In this document: positions 42,145 to 54,814 of the stretch, piece after piece | Numbering within the stretch: position 1 is the stretch's first letter | Layout: the number at the start of each line of letters is the position of its first letter | From: Mobula hypostoma | Taxonomy: Eukaryota | DNA: 64,000 nucleotides | Direction of reading: 5' to 3' | NCBI RefSeq assembly: GCF_963921235.1 | Contig: NC_086097.1 | Span: 192,078,001 to 192,142,000, forward strand | Made by a program: the position numbers and the translations under genes | Notes under the pieces: model-generated | What the model saw: the letters and a program-made list of their open reading frames with translations, nothing else | Database searches by the model: none | Told to the model about the DNA's origin: nothing

Positions 42145-43390
42145 TCAAGAAAAAATCGTTCCTGACAAATCTGTTGGAATCCTTTGAAGAAAACAAGCAG
42201 GATAGATGGAGAATAGGTTGATGTTGTGTACTTGTATTTTCGGAAGGACTTGACAACTACCACACATGAGATTGCTTAACAAGCTATGAGCCCATGGTAA
42301 TAGAGGAAAGATTCTAGCATGGATAAAGCAGTGGCTGTTTGGCAGGAGGCAAAGGGTTGGAAGAAAGGGAGACTTTTCTGGCTGGCTGCCACTGACTAGT
42401 GGTGTTCCACAAGGGTCTGTGTTGGGACCGATTCTTTTCACATTATATGTCAATTATTTTGATGATGGGATTGATGGGTTTGTTGTAGAGTTTGCAGATG
42501 CTATGAAGATAGGTGAAGGGACAGATAGTTTTGAGGAAATAGAGAGGCTACAGATGGACTTGGACAGATTAGGAGAATGGGCAGAGAAATGGCAGAAGGA
42601 ATACAGTGTTGGGAAGTGTATGGTCATATGCTTCGGTAGAAGAAATGAAAGGATTGACTATATTCCAAATGGAGAGAGAACACAAAAAACTGATGTGCAA
42701 AGGAATTTGGGAGTTCTTGTGCAGATTCCCTAAATGTTAATTTGCATGTTGAGTCTGTGGTGAGGAAAGCGGATCCAATGTTAGCACTCATTTCAAGAGG
42801 ACTAGAATATAAAAGTGAGGATGTGATGTTGAGACTTTTTAAAGCTCTGGTGAGGTGTCACTTGGAGTATTGTGAACAATTTTGGGCCTCTTATCTTAGA
42901 AAAAATGTGATGTAACTGGAGAGGGTTCAAAGGAGGTTCACGAAAATGATTCCAGGATTGAATGGCTTGTCATATGAAGAGGATTTGATGGCTCTGGGCC
43001 TGTATTCACTGGAATTCAGAAGAATGAAGGGTGGCCTCGTTGAAACCTATTGAATGGTGAAGGACTTTGATAGAGAGGATGTTTTCTCTGGAGGCATAGT
43101 CTAAGACCGGCGGGCACAGCTTCAGAATAGAGGGGCGTCCATTGAGAATGGAGATGAGGAAGAATTTCTTTAGCCAGAAAGTAGCAACTTTGCCACAGTC
43201 AGCTGTCGAGGCCAGGTCTTCATGTATACTTAAGGCAGAGTTTGATAGATTCTTGATTGACTGGGGCATGAAGAGATACGGGGAGATGGCTGAGAGGAAA
43301 ATTAGATCAGCCATGATGAAATGACAGAGCAGACTCAATGGCCAAATGGCCTAATTCTGCTCATATACCTTATTTTCTTATGGTCTTATA
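42145..43390 (+). mobile_element. CR1-like LINE 3' fragment
   Basis: GVPQGSVLGPILFTLYVN...FADAMKIG...LQMDLDRLGEWAEKWQ, with the CR1 tail at about 43300-43390. Confidence 0.87.
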
Positions 43391-44673
43391 ATCTGTTGCC
43401 ATTCCTCCTACACCAGCTCTTTAGCCACGTACTGATCTGTGTGATCTTCCTATTTCTAGCCTCTCTAGCCTGTGGCCCAAATAGCAATCCTGAGAACACA
43501 ACCCCGGGGGTTTTGACCTTTAACTTAACACATAACTCCCTGTACTCACTCTGCAGGACCTCGTCACCCATCCACCCGTGTCATTGGTACCGATGTGGAT
43601 CACGACCTCTGGCTGCTCACCTTCCCACTTGAGAATGCTCTGGTTTTGGTCTGAGATGTCCTCGACCCTGGCACCCAGGAGGCAGCAAACCTTCTGGAAA
43701 TCTCATCCTAGTTCACAGAATCTCTTTTCTGTGTCCCTAAACAATGAATCCCCAATCACTACTGTTCACCTCTGGTCCCAACTTCCTACTGAGCAACAGA
43801 GCCAAATTCAGTGCCAGAGATCTGACCACTGCAGCTTTCCTCTGTTGGGAAAGTTCCCCCAACCATATCCAATGGGGTATGACTGTTATTGAAGGAAACA
43901 GCCACACGGGTATTCTGCACTGGCTACCTATCCCATTTCCACCTCCTGTTGGTCACTCAGTCACTTGTGTCCTACAATTTCACTGTACCTCCTGCCTATC
44001 AACCCTCAGCCTCCCTAGTTCCAGCTCCATCTCTTTAACGTAATATGTTAGAAATTGCAGCTGGATGCATTTCTAGCAGGCGGAGGTGGCAGGGACGCTG
44101 GAGGTCACCCTGCCTTCACACATCCTGCAGGAGGAGAATTCCACTATCCTGCCTGGCATCCCAACTGCTCTAAATATGCAATAGGAAAGAAATAAAGGAT
44201 AAATAATGGAAACATATCTACCAACATCCTATCCCTCTCCTCTCCTAAGCATCGATGAGCCAAAGCCTCATCTCTCCTCTAAAACCCAACTTCTTCTTAT
44301 TGGCCAAGTGCCTAATTATGTGCAACCCAATGTCTCCTTGCGAACAGTGGTGCGAAAAAATGTGCAGACAGTCTCGCTTGCTTCTTTTTCTCTCCCTCAA
44401 AGCAATCTGATGGCTCTTCGGGTCTGTAGTGTGCAAAGTGTGCTGATTGCCCTCAATTTGCTTCTTTTAGTTGCTCTCTCCTTCCACTCAATTCAATTAC
44501 TTGTCGGGACTGTGGTGTGGAAAATGTGCTAATTGCCTCCATTTACTTCTTTTAAACTCTCTCTCCCTCCACGCAATCCGATGACCTGTCAGGACTGTGG
44601 GATGCAATATGTCAATGATTTTTATGCCTATAACATTCCAATCTTGCATTCCACTGTGTTAAGTAAAAGTCAT

Positions 44674-44856
44674 CCAATCACAAATGTGAGAAAATCTGCG
44701 GATGCTGGAAATCCGAGCAACAAACACAAAATGCTGGAGGAATTCAGCAGGCCAGGCAGCATCATGAAGGGTCTCAGCCCAAAATGTCAATTGTACTCTT
44801 TTTCATAGATGCTGCCTGACCTGCTGAATTCCTCCAGCATTTTGTGTGTGTTGCTA
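44674..44856. mobile_element. Mini inverted Penelope-end pair (older subfamily)
   Basis: Inverted arms cacaaaatgctggagg...cctccagcattttgtg. TSD aagtaaaa(g/t)tcat at 44661-44673 and 44857-44869. Confidence 0.75.
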
Positions 44857-46086
44857 AAGTAAAATTCATGTTAGTTTATGTAGAATTCTTTTTAAACAGA
44901 GTATAAATATATTGCTAAGATACACTTGTATGCATTAACATATTAAAGCAAGAAATTATACGCTTGAAGTGAAAAGTTCTACATACATTATTTAGCTTCT
45001 TTAGCTTTTTCTGAACAACATAATTCAAAATGTCCCATGTGGTTGTATCCAGTTGATCACAGCAGCACTTTGATATGAAGTGAGTTGAAATGGCTGAAAA
45101 CTGAATTCTCTGATGAAGAGAATCTCAGGAGAAGTCAAGATGAGTCATCTAATTGGCAATGTTGGGTGAATATTGCTGTTAATTTACATTTTCAGTAACA
45201 TTTGACTAATGTAAGTATATTGTTTGAGTAAGTATTCTTTATTTGTCTAAATAATTTATTGCAGGTTATATGTAAAATACATGAATTGCATATGTCATGA
45301 TGTTACCACATTATATGTATGTGCCTCGCTTAAAGTAAAAATAAAGTTAGACTCATATTCCTGACTCTGTGACTTTGCTTTTTATTAGATTTATGTTTTG
45401 GAGTTACAATACATAACAGTGACGATAAGGAAGTTTTAAGCAAATGCAAGATGACTACCTGCCTATTGAAGCACAGCAAGACATTTGAGTTAAAAAAAAG
45501 TGCATCATGATTGTTTTCATCCAAGCAGCAGGTTTTCTTCGCAAAAGGAAAGTTAAAAGAAAAGGCATAAAATGCACCAATTCATGGGTTCATAAACAAT
45601 AGGAAACAGACAATAGGTGCAGGAGTAGGCCATTTGACTCTTTGAGTCAGCACCGCCATTCACTGTGATCATGGCTGATCAACCACAATCAGTATCCAGT
45701 TCCTGCCTTACCCCCATAACCTTTGATTCCACTATCTTTAAGAGCTCTGTCCATCTCTTTCTTGAAAGCATCCAGAGACTTGGCCTCCACTGCCTTCTCT
45801 CTGGGTAAGAAAGTTTTTCCTCAATCCTTGAGAACGTGATGATAATATACTTTTTAAAAATAAACAGAAATGGCTGGATACACCAGAAAAGTAGACATGT
45901 TTGATTACACAAGAGATAACTGGCTATTGTATATGGAACAAATTGAACAGTATTTTGAAGCAAATTAAATAGTCAATGTAAAATGAGTAACCAACAGGAA
46001 TTCTGCAGATGCTGGAAATTCAAGCAACATACATAAAAGTTGCTGGTGAACGCAGCAGGCCAAGCAGCATCTATAGGAAGAGGCGC

Positions 46087-46122
46087 AGTCGACGTTTCAG
46101 GCCGAGACCCTTCGTCAGGACT
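46087..46122 (-). ncRNA. Minimal hammerhead ribozyme, intact core
   Basis: Exact reverse complement of 48070-48105. Confidence 0.85.
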
Positions 46123-48069
46123 AACTGAAGGAAGAGTGAGTAAGGGATTTGAAATCTGGAGGGGGAGGGGGAGATGCAAAATGATAGGAGAAGACAGGAG
46201 GGGGAGGGATAGAGCCGAGAGCTGGACAGGTGATAGGCAAAAGGGGATACGAGAGGATCATGGGACAGGAGGTCTGGGAAGAAAGACAAGGGGGGTGGGT
46301 GTCCCAGAGGACGGGCAAGAGGTATATTCAGAGGGACAGAGGGAGAAAAAGAGTGAGAGAAAGAATGTGTGCATAAAAATGAGTAACAGATGGGGTACGA
46401 GGGGGAGGTGGGGCCTTAGCGGAAGTTAGAGAAGTCGATGTTCATGCCATCAGGTTGGAGGCTACCCAGACGGAATATAAGGTGTTGTTCCTCCAACCTG
46501 AGTGTGGCTTCATCTTTACAGTAGAGGAGGCCGTGGATAGACATGTCAGAATGGGAATGGGATGTGGAATTAAAATGTGTGGCCACTGGTAGATCCTGCT
46601 TTCTCTGGCGGACAGAGCGTAGATGTTCAGCAAAGCGGTCTCCCAGTCTGCGTCGGGTCTCACCAATATATAAAAGGCCACATCGGGAGCACCGGACGCA
46701 GTATATCACCCCAGTCGACTCACAGGTGAAGTGATGCCTCACCTGGAAGGACTGTTTGGGGCCCTGAATGGTGGTAAGGGAAGAAGTGTAAGGGCATGTG
46801 TAGCACTTGTTCTGCTTACACGGATAAGTGCCAGGAGGGAGATCAGTGGGGAGGGATGGGGGGGACGAATGGATAAGGGAGTTGTGTAGGGAGCGATCCC
46901 TGCGGAATGCAGGGGTGGGGGAGGAAAAGATGTGCTTAGTGGTGGGATCCCGTTGGAGGTGGCGGAAGTTACGGAGAATAATATGTTGGACCCGGAGGCT
47001 GGTGGGGTGGTAGGTGAGGACCAGGGGAACCCTATTCCTAGTGGGGTGGTGGGAGGATGGAGTGAGAGCAGATGTACATGAAATGGGGGAGATGCGTTTA
47101 AGAGCAGAGTTGATAGTGGAGGAAGGGAAGCCCCTTTCTTTAAAAAATGAAGACATCTCCCTCGTCCTAGAATGAAAAGCCTCATCCTGAGAGCAGATGC
47201 GGCGGAGACGGAGGAATTGCGAGAAGGGGATGGCGTTTTTGCAAGAGACAGGGTGAGAAGAGGAATAGTCCAGATAGCTGTGAGAGTCAGTAGGCTTATA
47301 GTAAACAACTCCCTTGTCCATTCGTCCCCCCCATCCCTCCCCACTGATCTCCCTCCTGGCACTTATCCGTGTAAGCGGAACAAGTGCTACACATGCCCTT
47401 ACACTTCCTCCCTTACCACCATTCAGGGCCCCAAACAGTCCTTCCAGGTGAGGCATCACTTCACCTGTGAGTCGACTGGGGTGATATACTGCGTCCGGTG
47501 CTCCCGATGTGGCCTTTTATATATTGGTGAGACCCGACGCAGACTGGGAGACCACTTTGCTGAACATCTACGCTCTGTCCGCAAGAGAAAGCAGGATCTC
47601 CCAGTGGCCACACATTTTAATTCCACATCCCATTCCCATTCTGACATGTCTATCCACGGCCTCCTCTACTGTAAAGATGAAGTCACACTCAGGTTGGAGG
47701 AACAACACCTTATATTCCGTCTGGGTAGCCTCCAACCTGATGGCATGAACATCGACTTCTCTAACTTCTGCTAAGGCCCCACCTCCCCCCTCGTACCCCA
47801 TCTGTTACTCATTTTTATGCACACATTCTTTCTCTCACTCTCCTTTTTCTCCCTCTGTCCCTCTGAATATACCTCTTGCCCATCCTCTGGGTAACCCCCC
47901 CCCTTGTCTTTCTTCCCGGACCTCCTGTCCCATGATCCTCTCGTATCCCCTTTTGCCTATCACCTGTCCAGCTCTCGGCTCTATCCCTCCCCCTCCTGTC
48001 TTCTCCTATCATTTTGCATCTCCCCTCCCCCTCCAGCTTTCAAATCCCTTACTCACTCTTCCTTCAGTT

Positions 48070-48105
48070 AGTCCTGACGAAGGGTCTCGGCCTGAAACGT
48101 CGACT
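48070..48105 (+). ncRNA. Minimal type I hammerhead ribozyme (PLE-associated), intact core
   Basis: AGTC-CTGACGA-AGG(GTCTCGG)CCT-GAAA-C-GTC-GACT: stem I AGTC/GACT, CUGANGA, stem II, GAAA, palindromic ACGT minimal stem III and GUC cleavage triplet. Confidence 0.85.
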
Positions 48106-48514
48106 GCGCCTCTTCCTATAGATGCTGCTTGGCCTGCTGCGTTCACCAGCAACTTCGATGTATGTTGAATGTAAAATGAGTGCCAATTTTGCTGAGTGCA
48201 TTGCATTTGAAGGCATAAGGATTGCTTTGAAGTTTGACTGCTCCAACTAAACCAGCTGAAATTAGCTTGCTGATAGTGTGGAAGTATTGCAGGAATATTT
48301 ATAATCAAAACCGTTGATGATTGCAGAAAGCTTTAGGTTTCATAAGTCGAATCAAAAAGAATGGCAGTTCATTTCAGCATACATGGCTCAATTGAAGAAG
48401 TTGTTTGAGCATTGTCAGTTCAGTGATGGGCTTAATGTTGCACTGAAAGATGGTTTCATTTGTGGAATCTTACAAGAATGCATTCAAAACAGTTTCTAAT
48501 TGAAGCATAGCCAG

Positions 48515-49218
48515 TGTAAGGGGGTTTCAACTTTTATATTACTGCAGAGGCTAATTAAAATGGCATCTTTGTTATGTTAATCTGGGGAATGCGGCTTTGT
48601 TGTGTTAAATGCTGAGAAAGTTTGCGCTAGCAGCTTGTTTTGTTTTAGAGTGTGATAAGAGAGTGCTATTAACAAAATTGGGATAGTTGTTATGGTTTTG
48701 GTGTATTTGAAGATACTGTATGCGCGGGGTTTTGGGGGAGAAGGAGGGAGAGCGAGACAGAGGATGGACCAGGTGCTGTGATGTCCGCTAACGGGGTCAG
48801 ACCCCGAGAGGAGCATTCAGCGAGAAGAGGAGACGGAGATGGACTCGTGTGGAGCGTCTGGTCAACCACTGTTTCTAGTCCCAGGCGGCCGGTCGAGGTG
48901 GTCCGTGGGGTCGCAGGGTGAAGAAGAAGGTCCTTGAACTCCAACGGTTTTGTGCACGAAAAGATTGAACTTTGATAAGTGTGGCGCCTTTTATTTTCCT
49001 TTTATATTTTATTCTCTATTAATTATATAGTTCCAGTAATATCTATAAACTGTAAATCATTTAATTGCATCTGGTGTATTGTCTGTTATTTGGGCGGGGT
49101 GGGGTACCTAACACAGCATCCACACAAACAAATTATCCAGTTTGGCGGGGTCGAGGCTGTTTCCCTAGACGACAGCGAGCTGAGCGACCCTGAGGGTGGC
49201 CGGGGGGGGGGGGCTACA
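48515..49218 (+). mobile_element. Probable solo LTR nested in the old Gypsy gag
   Basis: TGTAAG...GCTACA termini. Non-coding 704-bp block interrupting the gag remnants; TSD unclear. Confidence 0.55.
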
Positions 49219-50782
49219 CCTATAAAGGAGCAGTACAAATGACTGTATCAAAGGAAACAACAGACAGTAACACAATTCAGTTGTAGTCAGGAATGAAAGT
49301 GAATATGAACAAAATTTCAATGTCTAAACAGAAACCTGCCCGATCAAATAAATTGTTTTATTGTCATGCCAGGGGCTCACATACACCAGACCAATCCAAG
49401 TTTAAAAGTGAAACTTGCAGAAAATGCAACAAAATAGGACATATACAAGAAGTATTTCAAGCAAACAAAAATAAATAGACTGCACATGGAAGAGAAAAAA
49501 GTAAAACAAGTTGCAATTTCAAAAAGTGCACTAATCTGTGTGTTGTAGATGAGGAATCTGATAATGATGACAGTGACACAAGACTGTGTAACCTTAAGAT
49601 TTACATGTGAAAACTAACAATGAACAAGTAATATGGCTTACACCAGAAGTGAACAGCGAACTAATTGAAATTGAATTGGACTCTGGCTCAGCTGTTTCAA
49701 TCCTTTCACAAAATGAGTTTGAATGGCATTTCAAAGATACTGATCTGAAGCCTGCAGATAACCAACTAAGAAATTATACTGGAGGAACAGAACTCCTGTA
49801 GCAAGGACATTTGTAACAGTGAAATACAACAACCAATAAGCTCCTTTGGGCTTGGATGTGGTAAAAACAGGAGGGCCAGCATTGTGGGGTCATGAGTGGT
49901 TGAGACAACTACAACTTGATTGGAGATCCATCCACCAAGTGCATGCCACTTCTCCTGCAATAGTCACCTGAAAACAATTGAGAAAATTACTAGATCGTTC
50001 CTTATACTATCTGTGATGAAGCAACAGCATATGGAGGCTAAAGGAATTCTTTCCAAGGTTGAGTGGAGCCCATGGGCAACACCAGTGGTCCCAGTAGCCA
50101 AGAAGAATCAATACTGAAAGTAGATCCATACCCTCTGCTCAGGATAGGGGACATTTTTGCAAACCTTCCTGCATGAAAACACTTCAGCAACGTGGACTTA
50201 GCTGAGGCCTACCTACTGATGAAGACGGAAGAAGAGTCCAAACTGTTTCTCACCATAATGGGCTTTATTGCTGTAATAGGCTTAGTTTTTGGAGTAGCAC
50301 CTGCACTCCAGCGGTAAGCTATTCATCAGGTGATGCAAGGCTGCACAGGCATTCAGTATATCCAAAATGACATCATTATTAGTGGTAAGGATGACAAGAA
50401 ACATCTTCAAAATCTCAAGACAGTGTTAAGAAGATTAGAATATTATGGGCTCAGAGCATAATGCAGCCAGCGTGAGTTCATTAAATTCAGCATCAGTTAC
50501 TGTGGTAAATCCATAGATGCACATGACTTTCACAAGTGTGCTGAGAAAATTCAAGCAGTGGTGGATGCCCCAAGGACAAAGGACGTGTCACAGTTGTGGT
50601 TCTTTTTAGGATTTGTCAATTCCTATATCAGGTTCCTGTCAAACTTGGCTACTATACTCTATCCCTTAAACTCATTACTACAGATGAGGAAGAAATAGTA
50701 ATGGACAAAGCAGTGTGAGGGGGGGTTTCAAAAAAGCTAAATAAAATGGTGACCGTGCGTGTGCGTCTGCGTGCGTGCGTCC

Positions 50783-51024
50783 GTGATGATATCTTTTTCA
50801 TGGCTTTTTACAAGGTGCGGAGTGAGAGAGGCTACGTGGCGCGCCACTCTTCACACAGAGATTTTCGCAGTATTTTTCTCTTTATTTTACGAGGTCAAGT
50901 TGCGATCTCGACACTCAGCTTGGCATGGATGGAAAGCGTACTCGGGAGCGAACCCGACTGGTTTTGAACCTGGGAACCTCTGCTCCAGGGTCCGGCGCCG
51001 ATGTCATTGCGCCACCAGCCGGCC
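50783..51024 (-). mobile_element. tRNA-derived SINE
   Basis: Minus strand ggccggctggtggcgcaatg (A box) ... ggttcaaaacc (B box). Body matches the 40487 copy. Confidence 0.72.
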
Positions 51025-52239
51025 CAGTAACTTTCTAAATGTGTTGATTATCTAAGTATTCTTGTTTGTTTAAACAATTCATTACGTGTTATATGTAAAA
51101 GTATGCGAAAAGCATACGTCATCATGCCACCACATCATATATGTGTGATTCACTAAATGTAAACACAAAGCTAAGACATTTTATTCCTGGTTCCTTGTTT
51201 TTCCTTTCATTTAATTTTACGTTTTGGAGATACAAAAAATAACATGAGTCTTCCCACATCCCAAAAACCTGCACATCACCAAGTTAATTGGCAATTGTAA
51301 ATTGGCCCTAGTGTGAAAGGAGGGCAGAATCTGAGGCAAGTTTATGAGAATGTAGAAGGATAAAAGAAATGATTAATGCAGAACTAGTATGAATGGGTGC
51401 TCAGTCATGTCCCTAACAATACCTTTGCCAGTTTAATTTGTCCAGTCAATACCACGTTCAAAAGTTTGAAGTAATCTATTATTTAAATATGTATACAACC
51501 TAGAGATTCATTTTATTGCAGGCACATGCAGGAAAATAAAGAAATACAATAGAATCCATGAAAAAGAAACATGCGTAATAAAGGCAGATTCCCACAGTGA
51601 GTCCAGAGGCTGTGGAGCCAGTTCAGTGCTGAGGAGAGGGAATCCATCCATGCTGGTTCAGAAGCCCGATGACTTCAGGTCAACAAATAGTTCTGAACCT
51701 GGATGCGTGGGACCCAAGATTCCTGTACCTCCCACCTGATGGTAGTAATGAGAAAAAAAACTCCCAAAATAATTGTGGTGCCCTTTTTCACAGGTCATTG
51801 ATACTCATGCTTCACCTCTTAAGAGGCTGAGGGCCAAAAGACCACTCCCACCCTTATTATTGTTCACCAGATATTTACATTTTCCACCCAGTCAATCATT
51901 CCAATGAAGCCTTGGGATTGACCTTGTCTCTCTAACTGTGCAAAGAGGTATGTCAAAAGCAGCTTTCGACTTACATTAAATACAAGGTGCCAAGCTGGTA
52001 AAGCTGAAATGCAGGATGACATATGTGTTAATGTGGAATAAAAAGCAATCAACAGACAAAACTAAGTGATGCCACAAACTATGGAACAGAATAAAGCTCT
52101 GCAGTCTAGCAACATCTCATTATCAGTGATGTTGGACAATTAAAGAGCTAACAGTAAGGAGAAACTGCAAAATCATCACATCCTCAGCAAAATTGAAGCA
52201 CTGCATGTGAATACTGAAGACAAATTAATGCAAATGTAC

Positions 52240-53742
52240 ACAAACAAGAGAAAATTTGCAGATGCTGGAAATCCAAGCAACACACACACATACAAGCTAG
52301 AGGAACTTAGCATGCCAGGCGGTATCTGTGGAAAAGAGTAAATAGTCAACGTTTCGGGTCAAGACTCTTCATCAGGACTGGAGAAAAAAGATGAGAAATC
52401 CGAGTAAGAAGGCGAGGGAAGGGGAGGAAGAAGTACAAAGTAGTAGGTGACAGGTGAAACCAGGAAGGGGGAGTGGTGAAGTATAGAGATGGGAAGTTGA
52501 TTGATGAAACGGATAAGGGACTGGAGAAGTGGGAAATCTGACAGGTGAGGACATATAGCCATGGAAGAAAGGGAAGGTGGGGTGTGGGGTGAGCACCAGA
52601 GGGAGGCGATGGGAGGCAAGAAGATAAGGTGAGAGTGGGGAAAGGGGGGGGATAGGGAATGGTGAAGGACGGGGGCCTTTACCGGAAGTTTGAGAAATTG
52701 ATGTTCATGCCATCAGGTTGGAGACTGTCCAGAAGGAACATAAGATGTTGCTCATCCAACGTGAGTGTGGCCTTATCGCAACAGTAGTGCAAGCTATGCA
52801 CTGACCTGTCACAATAGGAATGGGAAGTAGAATTGAAATGTATGGCCACTGAGAGATGCCGTTTATTCTGGCGGATGGAGTGCAGGTGCTTGGTGAAGTG
52901 GTTTTACAATTTATGTTAGGTCTCACTGATTTACAGGAGCCACGCTGGGAGCACCAGATACAGCAGATGATCCCAACACACTCACAGGCAAAGTGTCACA
53001 TCACCTGGAAGGACTGTTCGGGGCCTTGAATGGTAGTGACGGTAGAGGTGCAGGGGCAGGTGTGGCACTTGTTCCGCTTGCAAGGAGAAGTACATGTCCC
53101 TGATGCATGTATGTGTCTGCCTGTGAAAGCAGAAAATGGGGGGAGGGAAAGATGTGCTTGGTGGTGGGATTCCGCTGGAGATGGCAGAGGATACGGAGAC
53201 TAGTGGGGTGGTAGGTGAATTCTCTCATCCAGTACATGACCTCCTCTACTGCTGTGATGAGGCCAGACTCAGCTCGGAGGTGCATCACCTTATGTTCCAT
53301 CGGGGTAGCCTCCAACCTGATGGTATGAACATCGATTTTTCGAACTTCTGGTAATGGTCCCTCCCCACCATTCCCTATTCCCATTTCCCTTGCTCACCTT
53401 ATCTCCTTACCTGCCCATTACCACCCTCTGCTGCTTCCCGCTTCCCTTTCTTCCATGGCCTTCTGTCTTCTCCTATCAGGTTCCTCCTTCTCCAGCCCTT
53501 CATCTCTTTCACCAATCAATCTCCCAGCCCTTTACTTCACCCCTCCCCCTCCCCCTCCCCTGCTTTCACCTGTCACCTACTACTTTGTATTTCTTCCTCC
53601 CCTCCGCTCACCTTCTTACTCTGACTTCTCATCTTTTTTCTCCAGTCCTGATGAAGGGTCTTGGCCCGAAACATCGACTGTTTACTCTTTTCCATGGGCG
53701 CTGCCCGGCCTGCTGAGTTCCTTTTGCATTTTGTGTGTGTCG
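52240..53742. mobile_element. Older Penelope-like inverted pair
   Basis: Minus arm to about 53215; plus arm encodes ...GSLQPDGMNIDFSNF. Hammerhead motifs at 52344 and 53644. TSD not clear. Confidence 0.8.
53644..53679 (+). ncRNA. Minimal hammerhead ribozyme motif
   Basis: agtcctgatgaagggtcttggcccgaaacatcgact; a partner copy lies on the minus strand at 52344-52379. Confidence 0.65.
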
Positions 53743-53756
53743 TTGCAACCATATGT

Positions 53757-53925
53757 GGTATGTTTTGTAACTCCAAAACATAAAACTAATTAAATATATA
53801 TAAATATAAAATGCCAATTGAACTTCATTTTTACTTGAAGTGAGGCATGCATGTATAATGTGGTAGCGCCATGACGTATGCAATTCACATATTACATATA
53901 ATCAATAACGAATTATTTAAACATA
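53757..53925 (-). repeat. Solo/partial LTR of the old Gypsy family
   Basis: Reverse complement resembles the 45210-45418 LTR (gttttggagttacaaaacata). Confidence 0.6.
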
Positions 53926-54814
53926 GAGCCCAGAGTTACCCATGTGATAGGGAGAACATAGGCAGGACCCAAGACCAGGTCTCTGAAGTCGTGAGGCAGC
54001 AGCTCTGCTCAGTGTGTTGCCCTGTCACCCCATATTGTAAAATTCCAAAGGCAGCTTGAGAGTGAACACTCCAGGACAAAAATGTATTCATAATAAATAA
54101 GAACAATTACACTGGTCTGGAAATGGAATTGTCCAGAGTGGACAGAGATAAGAGATAGGTCAGTGTTTGAGCAGTGGCAGATACATAAATAGCTAGTTCT
54201 AATACTCAATGTAAATTTAGCTCAACTAGAAGGCAGAATTCCATGAAAATGATGGACCATCCTTGGCTAATAAAGAAGTTCAAGGATACTGTTAAAGATG
54301 GCAAGCTCCAGAGGCAGATCAGTGGACTGGGAATTTTTCAGAAAACAACGATGAAAGATCAAAAAGTTCGTACCAAAAGAGAACTTGATTATGAGAGAAA
54401 GTATGCATGTAATATCTAGATAAACAGTAATTTTTTTGATAGACATATAAAAAGAAAGAATGTGGCGATAGTAATAGTGGGACCTCTGGAGAATGAAGTG
54501 ACTTAAATAAAGGATTGTCTACGGAACACAGTTTGTGGCCAGGATCAATATTCAATCTAATATTCAACATAATATTCAATCTAAATGATGATCTAATATT
54601 CAGTCAGCTATTTCTACGCATCCTATGCTGTTGGTTGGGGGTGAGAGAATCACTAATCAAAGATAGTGAAAAGCAGTGAGATATGGTGCTGGGTGTTGCA
54701 ATATTCATAGTGAAACTGGTGATACATTTGTTAAGTGCACAAATTGATTGTACAAATGATTATACAACATAATTAGTGTTGAAGATGGGAGAAAACAGCA
54801 AGTGAAAATATGAT

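Larger units (their letters stand above)
37570..44230 (-). mobile_element. Long CR1 LINE (ORF1 esterase plus ORF2 remnants) fragmented by nested insertions
   Basis: Minus strand in order: ORF1 esterase-like DEVLQSEYREL...VVFSGLL...TWLKSWCRRNG (43386-43571), APE ALWVELRNKK...LYNRPPNS (40678-41022), KSPGPDKVFP (38580-38762), then the RT C-terminus to about 37570. Confidence 0.7.
45989..48167. mobile_element. Penelope-like element inverted pair (largest and youngest); RT C-terminus plus GIY-YIG
   Basis: Minus arm YYKPTDSHSYLDYSSSHP...GVIYCVRCSRCGLLYIGET; plus arm from about 47304. TSD aatgtaaaatgagt at 45975-45988 and 48168-48181. Confidence 0.95.
45210..51244 (+). mobile_element. Old degenerate Gypsy LTR retrotransposon hosting nested insertions
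   Basis: Diverged LTRs at about 45210-45418 and 51040-51244, both ending in a(c/a)ataaca. Gag remnant IAESFRFHKSNQ, CRKCNKIGHIQEV knuckle, protease IELDSGSAVSIL and RT WATPVVPVAKK. Confidence 0.75.

Noticed and set aside
46416..47774. 347-aa and 200-aa ORFs as host genes
   Set aside because: Chimeric read-through across the PLE inversion junction; these are truncated RT/GIY-YIG fragments.
54547..54602. Short aatattcaa tandem-like repeats
   Set aside because: Degenerate low-complexity duplication with no further structure.
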